Position numbers and translations under genes: made by a program. A stretch of DNA of 64,000 nucleotides, from NCBI RefSeq assembly GCF_003334405.1, contig NZ_QOWM01000001.1; one strand, given 5' to 3'. The stretch comes from Escherichia coli. Lineage in GTDB: Bacteria; Pseudomonadota; Gammaproteobacteria; Enterobacterales; Enterobacteriaceae. The notes below the pieces were generated by a model. The model was not told the DNA's origin, did no database searches, and saw only the letters and a list, made by a program, of their open reading frames with translations. This document shows, piece after piece, positions 23,469 to 32,818 of this stretch; positions within the stretch are counted from its first letter, which is position 1; each line of letters opens with the position of its first letter.

Positions 23469-24599
23469 ATGTTCCAGTTATCCGTACAGGACATCCATCC
23501 GGGCGAAAAGGCCGGAGACAAAGAAGAGGCGATTCGCCAGGTCGCTGCGGCGCTGGTGCAGGCCGGTAATGTAGCAGAAGGCTACGTCAATGGCATGCTG
23601 GCGCGCGAACAGCAAACCTCAACGTTCCTCGGCAATGGTATTGCTATTCCACACGGCACTACCGACACCCGCGATCAGGTGCTGAAAACCGGCGTTCAGG
23701 TATTTCAGTTCCCGGAAGGCGTCACCTGGGGTGACGGTCAGGTAGCGTACGTGGCAATCGGTATTGCTGCCAGCTCGGATGAACATCTGGGCCTGCTACG
23801 CCAGCTGACCCACGTACTGAGCGATGATTCCGTTGCTGAACAACTGAAGTCAGCAACAACAGCAGAAGAACTTCGCGCATTACTGATGGGCGAAAAGCAG
23901 AGTGAGCAGCTGAAGCTCGACAACGAAATGCTGACACTGGATATCGTCGCCAGCGATCTGCTGACTCTTCAGGCGCTGAACGCTGCGCGTCTGAAAGAGG
24001 CGGGGGCAGTTGACGCCACTTTCGTCACCAAAGCCATCAATGAACAACCGCTGAATCTCGGACAGGGTATCTGGCTGAGCGATAGCGCCGAAGGCAATCT
24101 GCGTAGCGCGATTGCGGTAAGCCGTGCGGCAAATGCTTTTGATGTGGACGGCGAAACGGCAGCCATGCTGGTGAGTGTGGCGATGAATGACGATCAGCCC
24201 ATCGCGGTTCTTAAGCGTCTCGCTGATTTATTGCTCGACAATAAAGCTGACCGCTTGCTGAAAGCGGATGCGGCAACGTTGCTGGCGCTGCTGACCAGCG
24301 ATGATGCGCCGACCGACGACGTGTTAAGCGCGGAGTTTGTGGTGCGCAATGAACACGGCCTGCATGCTCGTCCAGGTACCATGCTGGTCAATACCATTAA
24401 ACAATTTAACAGTGATATTACCGTGACAAACCTTGATGGTACCGGCAAACCGGCAAACGGACGTAGTCTGATGAAAGTTGTGGCACTTGGCGTTAAGAAA
24501 GGTCATCGCCTACGCTTTACCGCCCAGGGTGCAGATGCTGAACAGGCGCTGAAAGCAATCGGCGACGCTATCGCTGCTGGTCTTGGGGAGGGCGCATAA
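23469..24599 (+). CDS. fruB: Fructose PTS multiphosphoryl transfer protein (EIIA-Fru / FPr)
   Basis: 376-aa ORF with an EIIA domain and a C-terminal HPr-like domain (GLHARPG). Confidence 0.95.
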
Positions 24600-25537
24600 T
24601 GAGCAGACGTGTTGCTACTATCACCCTTAATCCGGCTTATGACCTTGTTGGTTTCTGCCCGGAAATTGAACGCGGCGAAGTGAACCTGGTGAAAACCACC
24701 GGTCTGCATGCGGCGGGTAAAGGCATCAACGTGGCCAAAGTATTAAAAGACCTGGGAATTGATGTCACCGTTGGCGGCTTCCTGGGTAAAGACAATCAGG
24801 ATGGTTTTCAGCAACTGTTCAGCGAGCTGGGCATTGCCAACCGTTTCCAGGTTGTACAGGGGCGCACCCGAATTAACGTTAAGCTGACGGAAAAAGACGG
24901 CGAAGTGACCGACTTCAACTTCTCGGGTTTTGAAGTCACCCCCGCCGACTGGGAACGCTTTGTGACTGATTCTCTGAGCTGGCTCGGTCAGTTCGATATG
25001 GTCTGTGTCAGCGGAAGCTTACCGTCAGGCGTCAGCCCGGAAGCGTTCACCGACTGGATGACTCGCCTGCGTAGTCAGTGTCCTTGCATTATCTTTGATA
25101 GTAGCCGTGAAGCGTTAGTAGCAGGTTTGAAAGCGGCACCGTGGCTGGTGAAACCTAACCGCCGCGAGCTGGAAATCTGGGCAGGCCGTAAACTGCCTGA
25201 AATGAAAGATGTGATTGAAGCTGCACATGCGCTACGTGAACAAGGCATCGCGCATGTTGTTATTTCACTGGGTGCCGAAGGCGCGCTTTGGGTTAATGCC
25301 TCCGGCGAATGGATCGCCAAACCACCGTCAGTCGATGTCGTAAGCACCGTTGGCGCAGGGGATTCTATGGTTGGTGGCCTGATTTATGGCTTGCTGATGC
25401 GTGAATCCAGTGAACACACACTGCGTCTGGCGACAGCTGTTGCAGCCCTGGCGGTAAGTCAAAGCAATGTGGGTATTACCGATCGTCCGCAGTTGGCCGC
25501 AATGATGGCGCGCGTCGACTTACAACCTTTTAACTGA
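24599..25537 (+). CDS. fruK: 1-phosphofructokinase
   Basis: 312-aa PfkB-family ORF; ATGA start/stop overlap with fruB. Confidence 0.95.
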   Translation: MSRRVATITLNPAYDLVGFCPEIERGEVNLVKTTGLHAAGKGINVAKVLKDLGIDVTVGGFLGKDNQDGFQQLFSELGIANRFQVVQGRTRINVKLTEKDGEVTDFNFSGFEVTPADWERFVTDSLSWLGQFDMVCVSGSLPSGVSPEAFTDWMTRLRSQCPCIIFDSSREALVAGLKAAPWLVKPNRRELEIWAGRKLPEMKDVIEAAHALREQGIAHVVISLGAEGALWVNASGEWIAKPPSVDVVSTVGAGDSMVGGLIYGLLMRESSEHTLRLATAVAALAVSQSNVGITDRPQLAAMMARVDLQPFN

Positions 25538-25553
25538 CAGCAGGAGAGGCATA

Positions 25554-27245
25554 ATGAAAACGCTGCTGATTATTGACGCTAATCTCGGTCAGGCACGCGC
25601 CTATATGGCGAAGACCCTGCTGGGCGCGGCGGCGCGAAAAGCAAAACTGGAAATCATCGACAATCCGAACGACGCTGAAATGGCGATTGTTCTCGGTGAT
25701 TCCATCCCGAACGACAGCGCGCTGAACGGTAAAAATGTCTGGCTGGGCGATATTTCCCGGGCAGTTGCGCACCCTGAGCTGTTCCTGAGTGAAGCCAAAG
25801 GCCATGCGAAACCTTACACTGCGCCGGTCGCTGCGACAGCACCAGTTGCCGCCAGCGGTCCGAAACGCGTAGTTGCGGTGACTGCTTGCCCGACTGGCGT
25901 AGCACACACCTTTATGGCGGCTGAAGCCATTGAAACCGAAGCGAAAAAACGTGGCTGGTGGGTGAAAGTTGAAACCCGTGGTTCTGTTGGCGCGGGTAAT
26001 GCAATCACTCCCGAAGAAGTCGCAGCAGCGGATCTGGTGATTGTGGCGGCAGATATCGAAGTGGATCTGGCGAAATTTGCTGGTAAACCGATGTATCGTA
26101 CCTCTACCGGTCTGGCGCTGAAGAAAACCGCGCAGGAACTGGATAAAGCGGTTGCTGAAGCAACGCCGTATGAACCGGCGGGCAAAGCTCAAACGGCGAC
26201 CACTGAAAGTAAGAAAGAGAGTGCAGGCGCATACCGTCACTTGCTGACGGGCGTTTCTTACATGCTGCCGATGGTCGTTGCAGGTGGTCTGTGTATCGCG
26301 CTTTCTTTTGCTTTTGGTATCGAAGCGTTTAAAGAGCCGGGTACGTTGGCTGCGGCGCTGATGCAGATTGGTGGTGGTTCAGCCTTTGCGCTGATGGTGC
26401 CGGTACTGGCAGGTTATATTGCCTTTTCCATTGCCGATCGTCCGGGCCTCACTCCGGGTCTGATTGGCGGTATGCTGGCGGTCAGCACCGGTTCTGGCTT
26501 CATTGGTGGTATTATTGCGGGCTTCCTGGCTGGTTACATTGCGAAGTTAATCAGTACGCAATTGAAACTGCCACAGAGTATGGAGGCGCTGAAACCGATC
26601 CTGATCATTCCGCTAATTTCCAGTCTGGTGGTCGGTCTGGCGATGATCTACCTGATCGGTAAACCAGTTGCTGGCATTCTCGAAGGGCTGACTCACTGGC
26701 TGCAGACCATGGGGACTGCGAATGCGGTTCTGCTGGGGGCGATCCTCGGTGGCATGATGTGTACTGACATGGGCGGTCCGGTAAACAAAGCAGCGTACGC
26801 ATTCGGTGTGGGTCTGCTGAGTACTCAAACCTATGGCCCGATGGCGGCGATTATGGCGGCAGGTATGGTGCCACCGCTGGCAATGGGTCTGGCAACAATG
26901 GTGGCGCGTCGCAAATTCGACAAAGCGCAGCAGGAAGGTGGCAAAGCCGCTCTGGTATTGGGACTGTGCTTCATTTCGGAAGGTGCAATTCCGTTTGCTG
27001 CTCGTGATCCGATGCGTGTGCTGCCGTGCTGTATCGTGGGTGGGGCGCTGACTGGCGCAATCTCAATGGCGATTGGTGCGAAACTGATGGCACCGCACGG
27101 TGGTCTGTTTGTTCTGCTGATCCCTGGCGCTATTACGCCGGTATTGGGTTACCTGGTAGCAATTATTGCCGGTACGCTGGTGGCGGGTTTGGCCTATGCC
27201 TTCCTGAAACGTCCGGAAGTGGACGCAGTAGCGAAAGCAGCGTAA
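25554..27245 (+). CDS. fruA: PTS fructose-specific EIIB'BC component
   Basis: 563-aa ORF with IIB domains and a C-terminal membrane IIC domain. Confidence 0.95.
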   Translation: MKTLLIIDANLGQARAYMAKTLLGAAARKAKLEIIDNPNDAEMAIVLGDSIPNDSALNGKNVWLGDISRAVAHPELFLSEAKGHAKPYTAPVAATAPVAASGPKRVVAVTACPTGVAHTFMAAEAIETEAKKRGWWVKVETRGSVGAGNAITPEEVAAADLVIVAADIEVDLAKFAGKPMYRTSTGLALKKTAQELDKAVAEATPYEPAGKAQTATTESKKESAGAYRHLLTGVSYMLPMVVAGGLCIALSFAFGIEAFKEPGTLAAALMQIGGGSAFALMVPVLAGYIAFSIADRPGLTPGLIGGMLAVSTGSGFIGGIIAGFLAGYIAKLISTQLKLPQSMEALKPILIIPLISSLVVGLAMIYLIGKPVAGILEGLTHWLQTMGTANAVLLGAILGGMMCTDMGGPVNKAAYAFGVGLLSTQTYGPMAAIMAAGMVPPLAMGLATMVARRKFDKAQQEGGKAALVLGLCFISEGAIPFAARDPMRVLPCCIVGGALTGAISMAIGAKLMAPHGGLFVLLIPGAITPVLGYLVAIIAGTLVAGLAYAFLKRPEVDAVAKAA

Positions 27246-27402
27246 TAAAAGGTGTGTTACAGGGCAGAAATTTCCTGTCCTGTAACATTTGATGAGCGCA
27301 AAGAGAATGACCGGTTTGTGAATGTAATTTTATGAATTTAAATGGTTTTATCTTTCAGTAGAAACTTCAAACGTTCATCAAACACTCAGGTTATTTCCTC
27401 AA

Positions 27403-27429
27403 GGGCAGATTATTTTCTGCCCTTTTTTA
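27403..27429 (+). terminator. Rho-independent terminator downstream of fruBKA
   Basis: Stem gggcaga / tctgccc followed by tttttt. Confidence 0.7.
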
Positions 27430-27667
27430 TTGTTCTGTTCTGTGCATCCCGTCACAAATTCCTCGCTTTTGTAATTCAGGCATTTAATCGCATTTTGTGA
27501 GCCTGCTCAAATCTGCCCATTTTGCCTCTCTGGCGGTAATTTACTTTACGTAAAACATGCATACTATGAGCACATGTTTAAATATGAACACATGTTTAAA
27601 CCGTCTTTGCAGTATCTATATTCTTGTGGATTGACAGGGTTGGTAATTTTTTACCAGAGGACGTGCT

Positions 27668-28609
27668 ATGCGCGAAAAGGATTATGTCGTAATTATAGGT
27701 TCGGCGAATATTGATGTCGCCGGATATTCACATGAATCATTAAATTATGCGGATTCAAATCCAGGTAAAATAAAATTTACGCCTGGTGGAGTAGGGCGCA
27801 ATATTGCACAAAACCTGGCGTTGCTGGGTAACAAAGCCTGGCTACTGAGCGCCGTAGGCAGTGATTTTTATGGTCAATCGCTGCTAACGCAAACCAATCA
27901 ATCTGGCGTTTATGTCGATAAATGCCTGATTGTGCCGGGAGAAAATACGTCGAGTTATTTATCATTACTCGATAATACCGGTGAAATGCTGGTTGCTATA
28001 AATGACATGAATATTAGCAACGCTATTACAGCTGAATATCTCGCACAGCACGGTGAATTTATTCAGAGGGCAAAGGTCATTGTCGCGGACTGTAATATCA
28101 GTGAAGAGGCACTGGCATGGATTCTGGATAATGCCGCCAACGTACCCGTATTTGTCGATCCGGTTTCGGCATGGAAATGTGTCAAAGTGCGCGACCGTCT
28201 AAATCAGATCCACACTCTCAAGCCAAACCGCCTTGAAGCGGAAACCCTGAGTGGGATTGCGCTGTCAGGGCGTGAAGATGTGGCAAAAGTTGCTGCCTGG
28301 TTCCATCAACATGGCCTGAACCGACTGGTATTGAGCATGGGCGGCGACGGCGTTTATTACAGCGATATCAGCGGTGAAAGTGGCTGGTCTGCGCCGATCA
28401 AAACCAATGTTATTAATGTTACCGGAGCGGGCGATGCCATGATGGCGGGACTTGCTTCGTGTTGGGTAGACGGAATGCCGTTTGCCGAATCTGTTCGTTT
28501 CGCACAGGGATGTTCGTCAATGGCGCTCTCCTGTGAATACACCAATAACCCCGATTTATCGATTGCCAACGTTATATCGTTAGTGGAGAACGCAGAATGT
28601 CTGAATTAA
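27668..28609 (+). CDS. psuK: Pseudouridine kinase (PfkB family)
   Basis: 313-aa ORF with GG dipeptide and GAGD motifs. Confidence 0.92.
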   Translation: MREKDYVVIIGSANIDVAGYSHESLNYADSNPGKIKFTPGGVGRNIAQNLALLGNKAWLLSAVGSDFYGQSLLTQTNQSGVYVDKCLIVPGENTSSYLSLLDNTGEMLVAINDMNISNAITAEYLAQHGEFIQRAKVIVADCNISEEALAWILDNAANVPVFVDPVSAWKCVKVRDRLNQIHTLKPNRLEAETLSGIALSGREDVAKVAAWFHQHGLNRLVLSMGGDGVYYSDISGESGWSAPIKTNVINVTGAGDAMMAGLASCWVDGMPFAESVRFAQGCSSMALSCEYTNNPDLSIANVISLVENAECLN

Positions 28610-29535
28610 AAATTTCCCCTGAATTATTACAAATTTCCCCGGAAGTGCAGGACGCTTTAAAAAACAAAAAACCGGTTGTGGCGCTGGAATCGACCATTAT
28701 TTCTCACGGGATGCCGTTCCCACAAAATGCCCAGACCGCAATTGAAGTTGAAGAAACTATTCGTAAACAGGGCGCTGTACCTGCCACGATCGCCATTATT
28801 GGCGGCGTGATGAAAGTGGGGTTAAGCAAAGAAGAAATTGAATTACTGGGTCGTGAAGGGCATAACGTGACCAAAGTTAGTCGTCGCGATTTACCTTTTG
28901 TTGTTGCCGCCGGAAAAAATGGCGCAACCACTGTGGCTTCAACGATGATTATTGCGGCGCTTGCCGGAATTAAAGTATTTGCCACCGGGGGAATTGGTGG
29001 TGTGCATCGCGGGGCGGAACATACCTTCGATATTTCTGCCGATTTGCAAGAACTGGCAAATACTAATGTCACCGTTGTTTGTGCCGGGGCGAAATCTATT
29101 CTCGATTTAGGATTAACCACTGAGTATTTAGAAACCTTCGGTGTGCCGTTAATTGGCTATCAGACTAAAGCGCTGCCTGCGTTTTTCTGCCGCACCAGCC
29201 CGTTTGACGTCAGCATTCGTCTCGACAGCGCCAGCGAAATTGCCCGTGCAATGGCGGTGAAATGGCAAAGCGGTCTGAACGGTGGCCTCGTGGTAGCGAA
29301 CCCGATCCCGGAACAGTTTGCTATGCCGGAACACACTATCAATGCGGCGATCGATCAGGCGGTAGCTGAAGCTGAAGCTCAGGGAGTCATTGGTAAAGAA
29401 AGTACGCCATTCCTGCTGGCGCGCGTTGCTGAACTGACCGGCGGTGACAGCCTGAAATCCAACATCCAGCTGGTGTTCAACAACGCCATTCTGGCGAGCG
29501 AAATTGCCAAAGAATATCAGCGTCTCGCGGGTTAA
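28597..29535 (+). CDS. psuG: Pseudouridine-5'-phosphate glycosidase
   Basis: 312-aa ORF; 13-bp overlap with psuK. Confidence 0.92.
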   Translation: MSELKISPELLQISPEVQDALKNKKPVVALESTIISHGMPFPQNAQTAIEVEETIRKQGAVPATIAIIGGVMKVGLSKEEIELLGREGHNVTKVSRRDLPFVVAAGKNGATTVASTMIIAALAGIKVFATGGIGGVHRGAEHTFDISADLQELANTNVTVVCAGAKSILDLGLTTEYLETFGVPLIGYQTKALPAFFCRTSPFDVSIRLDSASEIARAMAVKWQSGLNGGLVVANPIPEQFAMPEHTINAAIDQAVAEAEAQGVIGKESTPFLLARVAELTGGDSLKSNIQLVFNNAILASEIAKEYQRLAG

Positions 29536-29628
29536 TTTCTGACGGGCAGAAAGCCGTCGCCCGTACTCATCAAGCATACCAAAACCTGGCGCTGACGCCG
29601 GGTTTACCGGCATGAAGGGAAAATCATT

Positions 29629-30879
29629 ATGGATATAATGAGAAGTGTTGTGGGGATGGTGGTGTTACTGGCAATAGCATTTCTGTTGTCAGTGAATAAA
29701 AAGAGCATCAGTTTGCGCACGGTTGGAGCCGCACTGCTGCTGCAAATCGCTATTGGTGGCATCATGCTCTACTTCCCACCGGGAAAATGGGCAGTAGAAC
29801 AGGCGGCATTAGGCGTTCATAAAGTGATGTCTTACAGTGATGCCGGTAGCGCCTTCATTTTTGGTTCGCTGGTTGGGCCGAAAATGGATGTCCTGTTTGA
29901 CGGTGCGGGTTTTATCTTCGCCTTTCGCGTACTTCCGGCGATTATTTTCGTTACTGCGCTCATCAGTCTGCTGTACTACATTGGCGTGATGGGGCTGCTG
30001 ATTCGCATCCTTGGCAGCATTTTCCAGAAAGCCCTCAACATCAGCAAAATCGAATCTTTTGTTGCGGTTACTACTATTTTCCTCGGGCAAAATGAGATCC
30101 CGGCGATCGTTAAACCGTTTATCGATCGCATGAATCGCAACGAGTTGTTTACCGCAATTTGTAGCGGGATGGCGTCCATTGCTGGTTCGATGATGATTGG
30201 TTATGCCGGAATGGGCGTACCAATTGACTACCTGTTAGCGGCATCGCTGATGGCGATCCCTGGCGGGATTTTGTTTGCACGTATTCTTAGCCCGGCAACC
30301 GAGCCTTCGCAGGTCACATTTGAAAATCTGTCGTTCAGCGAAACGCCGCCAAAAAGCTTTATCGAAGCGGCGGCGAGCGGTGCGATGACCGGGCTAAAAA
30401 TCGCCGCTGGTGTGGCGACGGTGGTAATGGCGTTTGTCGCAATTATTGCGCTGATCAACGGCATTATCGGCGGAATTGGCGGCTGGTTTGGTTTCGCCAA
30501 TGCCTCTCTGGAAAGTATTTTTGGCTATGTGCTGGCACCGCTGGCGTGGATCATGGGTGTGGACTGGAGTGATGCCAATCTTGCGGGTAGCCTGATTGGG
30601 CAGAAACTGGCGATTAACGAATTCGTCGCTTACCTGAGTTTCTCCCCATACCTGCAAACGGGCGGCACGCTGGAAGTGAAAACCATTGCGATTATCTCCT
30701 TTGCGCTTTGTGGTTTTGCTAACTTTGGTTCTATCGGTGTTGTCGTTGGCGCATTTTCGGCTATTTCGCCAAAACGCGCGCCGGAAATCGCCCAGCTTGG
30801 TTTACGGGCGCTGGCAGCAGCAACGCTTTCCAACCTGATGAGTGCGACTATTGCCGGGTTCTTTATTGGTCTGGCGTAA
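29629..30879 (+). CDS. psuT: Putative pseudouridine/nucleoside transporter, concentrative nucleoside transporter (CNT) family
   Basis: 416-aa membrane protein; paralogue of nupX at 32819. Confidence 0.92.
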   Translation: MDIMRSVVGMVVLLAIAFLLSVNKKSISLRTVGAALLLQIAIGGIMLYFPPGKWAVEQAALGVHKVMSYSDAGSAFIFGSLVGPKMDVLFDGAGFIFAFRVLPAIIFVTALISLLYYIGVMGLLIRILGSIFQKALNISKIESFVAVTTIFLGQNEIPAIVKPFIDRMNRNELFTAICSGMASIAGSMMIGYAGMGVPIDYLLAASLMAIPGGILFARILSPATEPSQVTFENLSFSETPPKSFIEAAASGAMTGLKIAAGVATVVMAFVAIIALINGIIGGIGGWFGFANASLESIFGYVLAPLAWIMGVDWSDANLAGSLIGQKLAINEFVAYLSFSPYLQTGGTLEVKTIAIISFALCGFANFGSIGVVVGAFSAISPKRAPEIAQLGLRALAAATLSNLMSATIAGFFIGLA

Positions 30880-30889
30880 TGCTCGATTT

Positions 30890-30926
30890 GTAGACCGGAT
30901 AAAACGTATTAAGCGTTGCATCCGGC
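30890..30926. repeat. REP-like palindromic element between convergent psuT and yeiL
   Basis: gtagaccggataaaacgtattaagcgttgcatccggc, with REP-type gccggatg ... ccggtctac arms. Confidence 0.6.
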
Positions 30927-30949
30927 AATCGCGCTATTGAAAATAATTT

Positions 30950-31609
30950 TTACTGCATCATCCCGGAGAATTTATTCTCCGGGTCCATCTCCAGCGCCAG
31001 TCCTGACAACTGCTTTCTGTTTTTAATGAGATACCCTTTCTTGCTTTTAATTAATAAACCGTCGTGAATGAACTGCGCGAGAACATATAAAAGATGTCGA
31101 TAAGAAACGCCTAAATACTCTGCCGCTTGCGTATGCTTTTCGTGATAAAGATCACCTTCCTGCGAGAGTAATATAAATGCTGCCAGGCGATTCACTAACG
31201 GAAATGATTGATTCTGAGTTAAAGAAACAATATTACGATAATTTTTATGACTTAAGGTGACGCAGAGTTTTCGTAAAAATAGCGTGTCGTTTAATAACAG
31301 CGGACGGTAATGTTTCATAGGGAGCGCAAGGCACCAACACTCTTCAATAGCCTGCACCGCACGCGGTTCATGGTCTTTATCGATTAACTCAATCTCGCCA
31401 ATAAAACAGGGGGCGGCAAAGAAATCGATCAGCGACACGCGACCATTAGCTAGCGTGGCGTAAAGCCTGGCGCGGCCTCGCGTCAGGTAAAACAGCCAGG
31501 ACGGCTGTTGCCCTTCCTGCACAATGTAGTCACGCGCTAAAAAATGAAACAGCCGCGTATCGGCTGAAACATCCGTTAAAAAGCAATCCTTAAACGCGGA
31601 TTCACTCAT
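30950..31609 (-). CDS. yeiL: CRP/FNR-family transcriptional regulator YeiL
   Basis: About 219 aa from MSESAFKD; cNMP-binding-like fold with a C-terminal HTH; the ORF track is 13 codons longer. Confidence 0.88.
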
Positions 31610-31777
31610 CAATTGCTGCTTAAGATCATTATTGTGGATTTCTTTCACGATGTTTATCCGCTATGAGATTTCTCATATTTAGCATACGTACGCTGTTGTT
31701 AAGATTCAATCATCGGCCCGGTCGAATTTTCTTTGCTGTAGAAAAAATAACGCAACTGGAAACAGAGGAAATAAACA

Positions 31778-32719
31778 ATGGAAAAGAGAAAAATTATTCT
31801 GGATTGTGATCCGGGTCATGATGATGCTATTGCTATAATGATGGCGGCGAAACATCCGGCAATAGATTTATTAGGCATCACTATTGTAGCGGGTAATCAG
31901 ACGCTTGATAAAACATTAATTAATGGCCTGAATGTTTGCCAGAAACTGGAGATTAATGTTCCGGTTTATGCGGGGATGCCGCAGCCCATTATGCGTCAAC
32001 AAATCGTTGCCGATAATATTCACGGTGAAACCGGACTGGATGGCCCGGTATTCGAGCCGCTGACCCGCCAGGCAGAAAGCACTCATGCGGTGAAATATAT
32101 CATTGATACCCTGATGGCAAGCGATGGCGATATCACTCTGGTGCCGGTTGGTCCGCTTTCAAATATCGCGGTGGCAATGCGTATGCAACCCGCGATCCTG
32201 CCCAAAATCCGTGAAATTGTGCTAATGGGCGGCGCTTACGGTACAGGCAACTTCACGCCATCTGCCGAGTTCAACATCTTTGCCGACCCGGAAGCCGCAC
32301 GCGTAGTGTTCACCTCCGGCGTTCCATTAGTGATGATGGGCCTCGATCTCACCAACCAGACCGTTTGCACCCCGGACGTGATTGCTCGGATGGAAAGGGC
32401 AGGCGGCCCCGCCGGAGAGCTGTTCAGCGACATCATGAACTTCACTCTCAAAACGCAGTTCGAAAACTACGGCCTTGCTGGCGGCCCGGTGCACGACGCC
32501 ACCTGCATCGGTTATCTGATTAACCCTGATGGCATTAAAACCCAGGAGATGTACGTCGAAGTGGACGTCAACAGTGGCCCTTGCTATGGGCGTACCGTCT
32601 GCGACGAGCTGGGCGTTCTTGGCAAGCCCGCCAATACCAAAGTCGGCATCACTATTGATACAGACTGGTTCTGGGGATTAGTCGAAGAGTGCGTGCGCGG
32701 CTACATCAAAACCCATTAA
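31778..32719 (+). CDS. rihB: Pyrimidine-specific ribonucleoside hydrolase
   Basis: 313-aa ORF with the N-terminal DCDPGHDDA nucleoside hydrolase signature. Confidence 0.93.
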   Translation: MEKRKIILDCDPGHDDAIAIMMAAKHPAIDLLGITIVAGNQTLDKTLINGLNVCQKLEINVPVYAGMPQPIMRQQIVADNIHGETGLDGPVFEPLTRQAESTHAVKYIIDTLMASDGDITLVPVGPLSNIAVAMRMQPAILPKIREIVLMGGAYGTGNFTPSAEFNIFADPEAARVVFTSGVPLVMMGLDLTNQTVCTPDVIARMERAGGPAGELFSDIMNFTLKTQFENYGLAGGPVHDATCIGYLINPDGIKTQEMYVEVDVNSGPCYGRTVCDELGVLGKPANTKVGITIDTDWFWGLVEECVRGYIKTH

Positions 32720-32818
32720 GTGTTGATAACAAGCCGGGCCGGTATCGCAAGATGCAGGCCTGGCTATTTCTGATGGGCAGAAAGCCGTCGCCCAATATGA
32801 CATGAAGAGATAATCACT

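Noticed and set aside
25530-26240. 236-codon ORF on the minus strand
   Set aside because: Antisense to the psuT... correction: antisense to the 5' part of fruA; Arg/Cys-rich low-complexity translation with no start context.
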